Shown here one piece after another: positions 25,901-36,427 of a stretch of 64,000 nt of DNA (its first letter is position 1; every line of letters begins with the position of its first letter). The notes under the pieces were generated by a model. The model saw only the letters and a program-made list of their open reading frames with translations, did not search any database and was not told where the DNA came from. Both the position numbers and the translations under genes were made by a program. Source of the DNA: Mantamonas sphyraenae STR306 (Eukaryota > Protista > CRuMs); the NCBI GenBank assembly GCA_026936335.1, contig JAPMXV010000001.1:124001-188000 (forward strand). Reading direction: 5' to 3'.

Positions 25901-27092
25901 CAACATCACCATCAACACACTGACCTCGGACCGCATCACCGTCGGTGACTTGCATCTTGAGACCAACACACTGACCACAACGACGGGCGGCCTGCTGCTT
26001 ACGAGTGCAAGCAACCACATCGCCGTGACTCCTGGTACTGTGTTGGACCTGACCAACACAGCCAGCATCCTGCTGAACGACAACTCGATCAGCGGTGACA
26101 AGGATCGAAGGCGGACGCATCGCAAACACTACCATCGATGCACTCTACTCAACAACGATGCGTGTGGGCAACACAAGACTGCAGGATGGCGAGCTTGTGG
26201 TGACACAGGGCAGCGGAGACCTGCGCCTGGATGCGGCAGGAAGCGGCAAGGTGCACGTGAGCACGTCCGACCTGCGTGTGGGCGTGGTGCATGTGGACCA
26301 CACCAACGGCGACGTGAGCACTGTGTCGGGCAACCAGAACCTGACCCTGAGTGCACATGGATCGGGCAAGGTGCGCGTGGCGCCTGGCGAAACGCTGGAT
26401 CTGCGCGGCGTGCAGGTGATGCTGGACGACGACGCAATCAGCGGCGACAAGGTGGAGGGAGGTTCGATGGAATCGTTGAACGTGACGCAGTACCTTGCAG
26501 TTGAGGGCGAACTGGAGATGGACAACCTGATTGTGTACAACAACACGCTGCGCAGCAAGAACAACGCAAGCATTGTGCTGTCGCCTTCGCCGGCGGCAGG
26601 CTTTGTGGGCATTGGCACAGAGACACCGCAGTACCTGCTGCAGGTTGGTACGAGCGGAGACGGCTCTGTGGCTGTGGGCAACGCGTGGAACCTGTTTTCG
26701 GATGCACGCCTCAAGAAGGACGTGCAACCGCTGCATCAGCCTCTGACATGGTTAACCGACTTCGTGGCGTGAGCTTCAAGTGGAAGCGTCCCGGGGCCGA
26801 CGAAGCGCGTGTGTATGGCTTCATTGCGCAGGAGATGGAGGCGGTGGTGCCCGAGCTTGTGCACACGGGGGCCGATGGAATCAAGAGCGTGGACTACGGC
26901 AAGATGACGGCCGTGCTGACAGGTGCCGTGACAGAGCACGAGAAGAGTGTGATGAGCACCACAAGCAACGTTCAGGAGCGCCTGGATGAGCTTCACAGCT
27001 CCATGGCGCACATGGACAGCTCGATGCACGATGCTGCCAAGCGCATGGATGCCATCGAGGCACGCATGGCTGCTCTGATGGGCAAGCTTTGA
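19911..27092 (+). CDS. Secreted phage tail-fibre-like repeat protein with C-terminal peptidase S74 intramolecular chaperone domain (~2239 aa after correcting five 1-nt indels)
   Basis: Exons 19911-20076, 20266-20403, 20676-27092. Signal peptide MASTHTKLFVVLVALMTSLAVPAAHA; ~24 repeats; C-terminus GFVGIGTETP..WNLFSDARLKKDV..LRGVSFKW..GFIAQEMEAVVPELV..SVDYGKM followed by a coiled coil. Confidence 0.85.
20720..26590 (+). repeat. ~24 tandem repeats, typically 76 aa/228 nt: LDDDEISGDKVEGGTINAITINTLTSGQVNADNLRLDGNTLSSTDANGHIVLTPNGAGNVVVTAGKSLDLTGATLI
   Basis: ISGDK(V/I)EGG motif recurs at ~228-nt spacing (e.g. 22730, 22958, 23186). Confidence 0.95.
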
Positions 27093-27231
27093 CAGGCATC
27101 TGTGTGCACGTAACGCACGCACACGCACACGCAACACACAGGGGAATGATCGCGGGGGAATCAGCAAAAATGAATTCCAAAACTCAACACACACTCACTC
27201 ACTCACACACACTCCCTCGCTCTTGATGAGC

Positions 27232-30200
27232 TCATGTGCGCAGAGCTGCCGACACGTTGTCTGCCTGGCGGCGCGGCAACTGATTGAGGGCATCGTCGAT
27301 CCATGCATCGTTGAGAACGTCGTTGTCGACATGGCGAACAAGTCGTGCAATGACAGAGTCTGCCCAAAGAGCTTTGCGCTGGGTGTCTGTGACACGCTGG
27401 TCGGCCACCTCGTCCCAAATGGGGTCTGTGGTCACGGCAGAAAGGATGACGGCCACGCCAAGCTGGTGCTTGCGCTCTGCGTTTGCGAGCCGTGGTACAA
27501 ACTCGATGGCCTGAATGGCAGCGGTGAGACGGTCGTCGTTGGAGCACTCATCGTTGTTCATGGTGTCGATGGTAAGTTGGATGAGTTCGTCCAATGGGAT
27601 GCTCGGGGTGGCATTGGTGACAGGGACCTGGCGCTCAAGCGTGAATACTTCCTGCAGCCCCTGCTCAAACTCTTCAAGCAGCAGACGTTGCTGAGCAAGG
27701 GCCCCCTGCTGTTCGATGTCGTCCTCCATCTCGCCACTATCCATGACGTCGTTGTCGTGTGTGGCAAGCACGGTGATGGCAGCCAGCTTGCCCAAGGAGA
27801 GGAAGGTCTTGCGCTGCAGGGCAAACTCTGCCTGTCTGCTCTCGCCCAGCAGGTCTTGCGCCGCCTGTTCAAAGTCGCCCACGTGGACGGCGTGGAGCCA
27901 GGCCATGGGAGTGTCGCGCTTGCGCAGAAAGTCGAAAAGGGCGTCGTCAAACTCGCGTCCGAGGGACAACAGTTTGGCCTGGCCGCGGCGCGAGTCGTGA
28001 TAGTGTTCAAAGACGGCGTCGACCAATTCGTCGTTCTCGCGCATCATGCTGGCCAGACGGACGTCGCCGTCGGCTGCACTCTCGCACAGTTGGATGAGTG
28101 TGGCGTAGTCTGCAAACTGTTCGGCCACGAAAAAGGCGCGTTCCAACTGGGTGGCGCCGCCCTTTTGCAACACGGTGAGCACGTGGTGGCGCACGTCGTC
28201 AAACTCATCCTCCCTGTGCACGCCGTTGAACAGCCAATGTTTGGCCAGCACAAAGTACGGTTCGTACACCGTCTCCAAGTTTTCGTGCAGCACACCATCC
28301 TGTGCCGTGCGCACTGTCCCACGCTGTTGATGTTGCTGTAGCTGTTGCTTGCTCTTTTTGCCCTGTGTCTCGTGGAGGCCACCGTGAGTGTCTGCAAGGG
28401 CCACGGCGAGGGATCCCAGATGACGCAGTTGCTCCTGCAGCGGATCCAGCAGCAGTGACTCCTGAGTCCAACGCAGCAGAGAGAGGGGCGCTTGCTGGAC
28501 ACTGTGCACATCCAGGCCCTCGTGATCCATGGCCACGAGGCTGTCGTCGATGTATTCGGTGGCGCCTGTCATGAGGGCGTCGATGACGGCGCCTGTGAGG
28601 AGGGCGAGCTGGGTGGCTCGTGTGTCGTCGTTGTGGTACGCCCAATCCTTGTCTGTTTGTGCACGGAGGAGGTGGGGCAGGCACTGGGGCACAGAGGAGA
28701 CCTGGCTGAAGAACACCTCTTGCACGCCGTGTTTGGTGGCCAGCGAGGCACCGCCGCTGCGTGCGGCCACACATCGTTCCATGGCCTGAAAGATGAACCG
28801 GCTGCTGGCTTCGTCGCCGGCAATGTCGTTGCAGTAGCGACGCAGGGCAATGGTGGCGTGCAGCGCAGCGCCCTGTTGCACCAACGCCCAAACGTCTTCC
28901 AATGGACACTTGAGCCCTCCAAGGACGCCTGTGTCTCGCAGGAACTGCACAAACATTGCGTCTCGCATGCGCTTTTCGTGAAGCTGCTCGTCCAGCAGCA
29001 AACTGGACGACACCGACGTGTCCAGGCCCGAGCGCTGTTCGCCTTCGCTCCACCGTGCGTCAAACTTGGGGATGGCGTTCAACATGCGTGCGTGGAACGT
29101 CACCAGTGTGCCCTCGCCCATACCACGTTCCACATCCTCCTGGAACCGGCCCACGTCCAGTCGCCCCTGTTGGTGCAGCGCAAAGGCCAGCTTGATAAAC
29201 GCATCCGAATCCACTTCTGCCTCGTCGTACTGCGCCTCCAACGAGTCACCCGCTGCCACTGAGGATGCGTCACCTACTCGTTTGCCTCCTCGTGCTCCTC
29301 CTCGTCGTCCACGTCGACCAGAGGCATCCATTTGCATGGCGTCGTCCTCGCCATCGTCGTTTTCATCGTCGTCCTCATCATCCTCGTCGCCGCCATACTC
29401 TCCTCGGCGCTCGTCTGCCCCAGGTGCAGAGTGGACGCCGTGGATGAGGCCTGTGTCAGAGGAAGCCCCGTCGACGAGGGCGTGGACAGAATCGAGCGAC
29501 ACAAAGTGGCCGCGGTGTGAGTGGTCGTACTGCACCACGGCGATTCCGTTGAGAAGGAGGACCATGGCGGCACCAGAGAGACCCGGACAGGGGCCCAGAC
29601 CCAACACATCGTCGAGTTCGAGCATGGCGCTGTTGCCCACGGTGAGGATTGAACCCTGCTGGCTTGCACTGCCGCTCCCGCTGCTGCTGAGGGGCAAAAG
29701 GTACAGGACAGAGTCGACGCGCAGAAAGGCTGTGTCTGCATGCACCATCAGGGTGCTGTGGTGGTGGTGGTCACGGTCGTCTGCGTCCAGCTGCGACGTC
29801 ACTCGTCCCAACACACGCACCTCCTTGGCTGTCACTGACAGCACTTCGTACGACAGGATGCTGTCGTCATCCGAGTAAGCACGCAGCACAAAGGCCTGCT
29901 GCTGCTTCTGCTTCTGGGAACGTGGGTGTGTGCTGTTGCTGCGCGTTGCGTTCAATTGCACATCCAACAACGCCAGCTTTCCGTCCAGTGGCTGCATCCA
30001 TCCCAGCGTGTCTTCTGGTATCCGATGTACCACAAACACAACGCATCCTGTTGCAACACAAACAGTTCCGTCGTGTCCTTCTCCTCGTCGTACTGGCCCA
30101 CTGCCATGGTCACAAACGAACTCCCCACCCCTCCACGTCCATCCTCTCCCCGGGAAGAGGATACCTTGCCAGACGAGGAGAACGAAGAGGAGGAGGAGAC

Positions 30201-31111
30201 GAAGAGGAAGAGGAGGAGGAAGCAGAAGCAGAGGAAAACAGATAGGACCAGATGCTTGCGCCTGCAGACGGCTGTTCGTCCTCCGACTGCTGTTGCGCTT
30301 GCACAGCCACCTCACGGTACACCATTTCGTCGTCCTCGTTGAGAGTGACAAAGAAGAGCCCCCCGAGGCACAGCCGAGGGCAAAGCCGTTGGGGTACAAG
30401 GTTTGCAGGCGGACAATCTCGTCGTTGTCGTCGAGCGGCAAACGCACCGAGTGCCAGGCTGTATCGTCGTGCCAGGTTGGCCAATACTTGAGTGTACCCG
30501 ATGGCGAACATGCGACCACGCCCAGCAGGCCCGACTCGTTCATGTTTGCCGGGACGAGGTCGACAAACCAGGAATCGAGCTGCTCCAAAGTCTCGCCAGC
30601 CTGTCCTCGCTGTCCAGGCAGGGTGAGTTGTGCCACCGTTTTCCCTCGGTGACTCCTGTCGCGTGGGTTGTGTTGTGCATGTGCTGCAGCCTGCCACAGC
30701 CAGACGCTCGTTTCCGTGAGCAGGAGGCACATGCCGTTCAAGTCCGCCCGCGCAGCATGGTAGGCAAACTGGTGCTGCTTGTTCACAGCCACATTCACCG
30801 CTGCTGGCAGCATGCTGTACATCTGTGCCACCATCGAGTCGCTGTGCTCACATGAACAACACCGTCCACACACATTGCGGTGTCGCCAGCAGACGTGTCA
30901 AAACGCGTCAGCCAAAGGGCGCGCCCACAAGCGGGCGGTGATCAGGAACCGCTTCTTCTTGGCAGGCAGCAAAACGGGTGATGGAGGAGACGGAGAGGGA
31001 CAGGCACAAAACCTACGTTGAACTCAGAACAGTTGCATCCCTGCGAGCCTTGACGGCAGAACGATGGGCGACGCTGCCGGGACTGGCAGTGCGGGTGGTG
31101 GTGCATTGCAT
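27232..31111 (-). CDS. NUP133: Nucleoporin Nup133
   Basis: LPAAV, GVVACSPSGTLKYWP, FFSQVS, AEQFADYATLIQLCE, AWLH, RKTFLSLGKLA. Intron 30842-31016; start at 31111 is tentative; three apparent 1-nt deletions at ~30362, ~30128, ~30010. Confidence 0.82.
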
Positions 31112-32470
31112 GGTTTCCGTACCCTGCGAGTCAGCTCCTCGAAGCACACAGATGGACACAAACACACACAGAGAGTGACATTGGAGGCTACTTACATGGT
31201 CAGCGGGGTCGCCGGTGCCGATGACTGTCTGTACATGCAAACAACTGATTGCGCAGAGCGGGGCAAGACGCCTACGATGACAACTCGGCAAATCGGCCCG
31301 CCCCTGGGTCTGCATGCTCAGGTGTTGCTGTGTGTGGTGTGTGGACGTCCCATTGGCATCAATTCGCTGGCCCACCACGAGGTGCTGTGTGTGCGTCGCT
31401 TTGAGGCGTCCACGGCCAAGCTGAAAGGCGTCAAGCTCCCCGATCCACCTCAACGCGATCTGCCGACGTCCGAGTCCTCGCAGACGGAAATTGCTTTGTA
31501 CAACCAAGAGGCCAGTCTCATTTTCTACGGACTCAAAACGGCGATGGCGCGTGCAAAGAAGCGTGCGGCACGAGAGCGGGCAAAGCAACGCAAAGCTGAT
31601 TTGCAACGGCGAGCTCAGTTTCAAGCCAGCCGCAACGCAAAGAATCTGGTGGAGGCACTTCATCTGAGCCATCTTCGCCACCATCTTGTGGTTTGCTTCA
31701 TCTGTGGACAGGAATACCCTCTTTGGGCGCTTTCGTCCCACGAACGACGCTGCGAACACCATCGAGCACAGGCCCAGCTGCTGCTGCCTCCGTTGCAGCG
31801 CGTGCCGTTGCAGTTGCCACTCATGCCGCCACCGGAGCATGGTTCGACAGCCATGCAAGTGAATGCGTACAATGTGGTTGCCATGGAGGTGTTCTGGGTG
31901 ACCAAGGAGGAGGAACGGGAGGCCGAGGAAGCCGAGTATCAACGTCAACGCAAACGAGCGCAGCGGGACATGAAACCGCAGCGGCAGGGAGCCAAGGCTC
32001 GTCTCATGTGTGTATTTTGTGGTCATTTGTATGGAATGGCCAGTTTGGAGCCACATCGAAAGCAATGTGGAGGAGATGTGCTGGAAGACGAGCAGGTTGT
32101 GGAGGAGCTCGCCCAGCTCGACCATTGGATTCCCCAGGATGCACAGTCACCCAGGGCGACCTTTGACGCATACAATAGGCGTGCGAAGCAAGTTCAACTG
32201 TGGGTGGCTCGCAAGATGGAGCGTGCAAAGGCTCGGGGCGTCGCCTTGCAGAAGCAACGGGACGAATGGCGGACGGTGCTTGTGGTCAAAGCAGGCAGCA
32301 ATCGTGGAGGACATGCAGACAGCCACACAGTGATGGCAGATGTGGGTGAGCAGATCGCGGGCAAGACGAGGACAAAAGGTGAGCAGCGAGGGTCTGCGTT
32401 GACGCGCAAGTTCCAGGCTCTTTGTGCGATGCAACAGGGTCATGCGTGGCGAGAGATGGCCAAGGGATGA
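31064..32470 (+). CDS. ZNF474-like protein with three C2HC-type zinc fingers (true start probably 31235 or 31277)
   Basis: CVVCGR..SLAHHEVLC, CFICGQ..LSSHERRC, CVFCGH..SLEPHRKQC, each followed by a YN-containing helix. Confidence 0.7.
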   Translation: MGDAAGTGSAGGGALHGFRTLRVSSSKHTDGHKHTQRVTLEATYMVSGVAGADDCLYMQTTDCAERGKTPTMTTRQIGPPLGLHAQVLLCVVCGRPIGINSLAHHEVLCVRRFEASTAKLKGVKLPDPPQRDLPTSESSQTEIALYNQEASLIFYGLKTAMARAKKRAARERAKQRKADLQRRAQFQASRNAKNLVEALHLSHLRHHLVVCFICGQEYPLWALSSHERRCEHHRAQAQLLLPPLQRVPLQLPLMPPPEHGSTAMQVNAYNVVAMEVFWVTKEEEREAEEAEYQRQRKRAQRDMKPQRQGAKARLMCVFCGHLYGMASLEPHRKQCGGDVLEDEQVVEELAQLDHWIPQDAQSPRATFDAYNRRAKQVQLWVARKMERAKARGVALQKQRDEWRTVLVVKAGSNRGGHADSHTVMADVGEQIAGKTRTKGEQRGSALTRKFQALCAMQQGHAWREMAKG

Positions 32471-32506
32471 ACAATGTCAGTGGGTGCTTCATGCTTGTTT
32501 TGGGCT

Positions 32507-33762
32507 TCACTTGGATTCCCAGTCGCTGACTTGTTCGCGCATGAGTTTGGCACATTCGGGAGTGAAGTTCTTTTCGGGGATGTCTGCGGTGATGCAAGGG
32601 ATGGGTGTGGCCACCTTGAAGCTCCAGTCGTCCTGCAGCTCCATGACGACAATCTGGCAATTGTGCGGGTTCTTGAGTTGGTGGTAGAAATCAACGTCCC
32701 AATGGAACCAACGCGTAAGAAACAGACGCATCGTCAGGCCGTGGGTCACCAGCACACAGTTTTCCACATCCGACGGCTTCTCCCACTCCCGAAACAGCGA
32801 CTCCAAAAAGAGCGAGACGCGGTCGTAAACGTCGGCTCCACTCTCGCCGTCACTGAAGCGGAAGTAGAACGAGCCGACCTTGTTGCGCTGTGAACGCACT
32901 TCGTTCATCTCTTCCACACGTTGGAAGTTGCCCCTGTGTGTTTGCGTTTGTGTTTGTGTGGACCTGTCAGCAGGGTTCGTGCAAACTCAAGCACGGGAAA
33001 AGCCCTCTGAACATACCATTCTTGCTCACGGATACGCGGGTCAACCTTGGCACGCACCACCTGTTCCTTGTCCAGGCCACTGATGATGCCGCGGTACGTT
33101 TGTTGCGTGCGTGTGAATGGGGAAAGCCAAAAGAAGCAGCGTTCGTCGCCAACGAGATCTTTGAGGTTCTGCCCTGCCTGCACCGCCTGCTCCTTGCCCT
33201 TGCTCGTCAGATTGAGCAGGTTGTCAGCCTTGCGCGTGTAGATGGACATGTCCACGTTCCCCTCAGATTCTCCGTGACGAATGAGCACGATGCGTTTCGG
33301 CAGATAGTAACAACGCGCTGCGCGAAGTATGTGTCAGCAGCAAACCCAACCCGAAGTCAAATCACACAAAAAGTCCCCTTTGCGCGAAACACCGCACCAC
33401 TTACACCCAGCCGGAGTCCACAGACGGCTGTATTCCTTGAGACCCACAGACGAGGCAGCTTCGGACAGCTCCACACGAGAAGAGGCGCTCTCGCCCGAAT
33501 GGAACACCACTGCTTGCAACGGCTTGCCGCGCACAATGAGCTTGTAGCCGCCGTCTTTGCCGGTCAGCTGCAACTCTTGCACCACTTCCAGCTCCGAATC
33601 GCCCACCGTCTCCACGCGCTGTCTCTTGGAAGAGGAGGAGGAGGAAGTGGAGGACGACGACGAGGACGACGACGAAGCCATGCCTTCCTCCAGATCCTCC
33701 AACGTCTCCACCGCTTCCTGCAGTGCTCGCTTTGCCTTTCGTGTGTACAAGAACGAAGCCAT
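32507..33762 (-). CDS. Histidine phosphatase/phosphoglycerate mutase family protein (DET1-like, ~361 aa)
   Basis: Exons 33405-33762, 33017-33317, 32507-32933. LIRHGESEGN, PRIREQEWGNFQ, GESGADVYDRV, LVTHG. Confidence 0.9.
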
Positions 33763-33818
33763 TGTGATTTGTGATGTGGTTTGTGGCTGTGGTGCATTCA
33801 CCAGCGCGATGTCGCCAC

Positions 33819-34622
33819 TCACCGTGCTCCTCCATGCTCCAACAAGGCTCTCCTCTTCCAACCACGCAACAGCCGTTGGCTTTGTACAAAGAACAACGCG
33901 GCTTGTGCTGCCGATTGCTCGTCAGGATCCTTCAGCAACGGAGTGGCGGCTCGTTTCAGGGCACGCACTGCCAACCCGGCCTGAGTCTCTCTGAGCAAGC
34001 CGATGCTCACCGGCAGGGTAGCCAGCCTATCGAATAGCCCTTTGGCGTGTTCCATCGCCTCGGTGTCCATTCGTGTCGTCTGCAGCTGACGCAACTCTGT
34101 CAACATGCTCTTGATTTCCTTGCCGCTGGGCAGCACGAATGCACTGACGCCGTCCACGCTCCGGCTTGCGTGAGAGTCCAACACCACCACCTTGGAGCAC
34201 GCCAGGATGGTCTGTTGGATGCAACCCTTCCGCCTGCGTGCCGTAGGTGATGTGCCACCGCGCTGCACAAACGCCTCCAGACCTCCTTGGGAACGGGTCC
34301 CACGTCTCGATGGAGTGCTGTTCGTTGTTGTGGACACTGCTTCTTCTTCTTTGTTGTGTGATGTATGTGGCGAATGGTCTGTGCTTGCTGCTGCCTCCTG
34401 CTCGTCGATTTCTTCCTCGTCGAACAAGCCGTCCTCCTCGTCATCCACGGTGACACTCTGGACACCTTCATTTGCCTCCATGGCTGTCCCTTCCTCGCTG
34501 TTCACTGATTCCGGTATCCTGCAAGCGTCTGCTTCCTCCTCGTCCTCCTCCTCATCGTCGAAAAGCGATGTGTGATCAGCCTCCTCCTCACGCACCACCA
34601 CGGCCTCGTTCGTACTGGACAT
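33819..34622 (-). CDS. Acidic protein with TFIIS N-terminal-like (LW/Med26) domain
   Basis: LATLPVSIGLLRETQAGLAVRALKR...SQRLLRGWK resembles the TFIIS-N consensus. Confidence 0.6.
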   Translation of the reverse strand: MSSTNEAVVVREEEADHTSLFDDEEEDEEEADACRIPESVNSEEGTAMEANEGVQSVTVDDEEDGLFDEEEIDEQEAAASTDHSPHTSHNKEEEAVSTTTNSTPSRRGTRSQGGLEAFVQRGGTSPTARRRKGCIQQTILACSKVVVLDSHASRSVDGVSAFVLPSGKEIKSMLTELRQLQTTRMDTEAMEHAKGLFDRLATLPVSIGLLRETQAGLAVRALKRAATPLLKDPDEQSAAQAALFFVQSQRLLRGWKRRALLEHGGAR

Positions 34623-34802
34623 GAACAAGAGCTTGAAATGAGGATGCACTAAACCTTTTGCACACAGACACAGCAACAGGGCGAGAGAGGATTGCTGGGA
34701 GTTGAAAAGTTCGTTCGTTGTGGTGCCTTTCCTGGCGCATTGTCCTTCATCATCGTCTGCTACACCCACCATCATCACGTCACCTCATCCGTCAACATGT
34801 CG

Positions 34803-35129
34803 TCATGCGTCATCCCCCTCTGCGGTCGAGTTGGATGCCTCATGGGCGTTTCGAAACCCTTCGTCCACAGACAACGTCCTGGCCGGCCGCACAAAGTTCA
34901 GCGTAGCGGATTCCTCCACGCCACATTCGTCCATGGTGTTGTCCATATCCACAAACGGACGTCCACCTGCGTCTCTCAGGAACACCGTTTCGGGGAGGGC
35001 GCCTGTGGCGTCCACAACACGTTGTTTGACGTCGCCCACCGTGTCACCCGAGCTCACGTCGTCCAGGACGATGAGATCGGTGTTGTTGCCACCAGAGGTA
35101 AACACGCTGACCCGCACAAAGATCTGCAT
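34803..35129 (-). CDS. Ubiquitin-like domain protein (108 aa, no C-terminal GG)
   Basis: MQIFVR..DTVGDVKQRV..GRP..NTMDECGVEESATLNFV. Confidence 0.75.
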   Translation of the reverse strand: MQIFVRVSVFTSGGNNTDLIVLDDVSSGDTVGDVKQRVVDATGALPETVFLRDAGGRPFVDMDNTMDECGVEESATLNFVRPARTLSVDEGFRNAHEASNSTAEGDDA

Positions 35130-35187
35130 GGTTGTGCTTTCCTGTGTCTCGGCGCGGGAGACAACAAATAAACCACACCCGCCCCTC

Positions 35188-35679
35188 ATGAGCAGACCCC
35201 GGATGAAGGTCAAGTCTCTGATCCAACGCAGTAAGGTGTTGACTGTGGACATCGACACACCCCTGGACGAGGCTGTACGCCTCATGCAGCGCTTTGCAGC
35301 GCACAAACTGCCCGTGATGGACTCCAGCCACGGCAGCCCCAAGCTGGTAGGCCTACTCACAAGCAAAGAGGTGCTCCTTGCCGCTCGTTCTCCCATTCTC
35401 TCTGCCATTGACGAGGAAAGCGACATGTGGAAGCACCTGAGCGATTTCACCTGCGAGTATGTGATGCAGAGGGATCCGCTCACCGTCTCTGAGAACGCGG
35501 ACATTGTCGACGTGGCCAAGCTCATGCGTGTCAGCGGCAAACAGGCCTTTCCTGTCCTCTCCTCCTCCAAGAAGCTCACGGGCATCGTCACGCGCACCGA
35601 CCTCATCGATTGCCTCATCAAGATCCTGGACGAGCCCCCCCTCGTCGTCACCACAAAGGTGGTCGATGTCGAGGTGTGA
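35188..35679 (+). CDS. Stand-alone CBS-domain pair protein (163 aa)
   Basis: Two CBS units: KLPVMD..KLVGLLTSKEV and AFPVLS..KLTGIVTRTDL. Confidence 0.88.
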   Translation: MSRPRMKVKSLIQRSKVLTVDIDTPLDEAVRLMQRFAAHKLPVMDSSHGSPKLVGLLTSKEVLLAARSPILSAIDEESDMWKHLSDFTCEYVMQRDPLTVSENADIVDVAKLMRVSGKQAFPVLSSSKKLTGIVTRTDLIDCLIKILDEPPLVVTTKVVDVEV

Positions 35680-35863
35680 CCGTGTGTCATGCCATGCGAT
35701 AGACAAGGTGGACCTGTGTACATTGCAATTGAGGATTGATTTCTCCGTTTCCTTTCCGGTTTCTCCGTGCAGCTGCGCCCAGGTCTTTGCGACCGACCGC
35801 TGCAATCAACCATGTGCGTGTTGGTGCTCCCAAACTTTAGGAATGGAGCGTACCAAACCCGTT

Positions 35864-36367
35864 TCAGTTGATGCTTGTGGGCCGTTGGCGCAGCTCCTGG
35901 GCGCTGCGGTTGCGCGTTTCCTCTTCCAGCCGGGAGTTTGGGGCGTACAGCGTTTTCTTGACGTCTGCTTCCCACAGTCGGCCGAGATTCCACGCTGGCA
36001 CCAGAGTGTCCACCAGTTTGAGGAGCAGGAGGATGGAGACGACGATGATGAGGGTAAACACCACAATGCGCTGAAAGAGCGAGTCGCGTTCCTCGCACTG
36101 CACGGTGACCCGAGACGTGGTTTCGTCGCAAAGTGGAAAGCGAGAGAAGCAGATTCGTTTGGAGCATTGTTCCAGCTCACACGAGGGCACTGCAAACGTG
36201 CGGTTTTCTGCCTTGAGACACTCGCCACGCACGCTCTTGTCGCAACATGTGCACGTGCACACGGCGTCATACTCCAGGTCCTCCTGGGCCTCTGTTCCAC
36301 CCACACACCACATGGCACCCACCACACAAACCACAGCAATCCACACACACACTTCCGCCACTCGCAT
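35864..36367 (-). CDS. Small Cys-rich single-pass membrane protein with signal peptide
   Basis: Hydrophobic N-terminus, CTCTCC..C..C..C..C..CEERDS, TM segment IVVFTLIIVVSILLLL. Confidence 0.7.
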   Translation of the reverse strand: MRVAEVCVWIAVVCVVGAMWCVGGTEAQEDLEYDAVCTCTCCDKSVRGECLKAENRTFAVPSCELEQCSKRICFSRFPLCDETTSRVTVQCEERDSLFQRIVVFTLIIVVSILLLLKLVDTLVPAWNLGRLWEADVKKTLYAPNSRLEEETRNRSAQELRQRPTSIN

Positions 36368-36427
36368 CTCTTTCGTTCTCCAGCACTGGGCGTGTGAGCG
36401 CGCGACTGCTTCCAAAACCACATTTAC

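Noticed and set aside
20399-26135. Long antisense ORFs over the fibre gene (572, 495, 935 aa) and over CHD (47872-50988)
   Set aside because: Shadow ORFs caused by GC-rich codon bias and repeats; they mirror the sense codons and show no motifs.
20720-26590. Repeat array as a CRISPR array, satellite or integrated provirus
   Set aside because: Repeats are protein-coding with synonymous variation and no spacers; no capsid, integrase, polymerase or terminal repeats are nearby.
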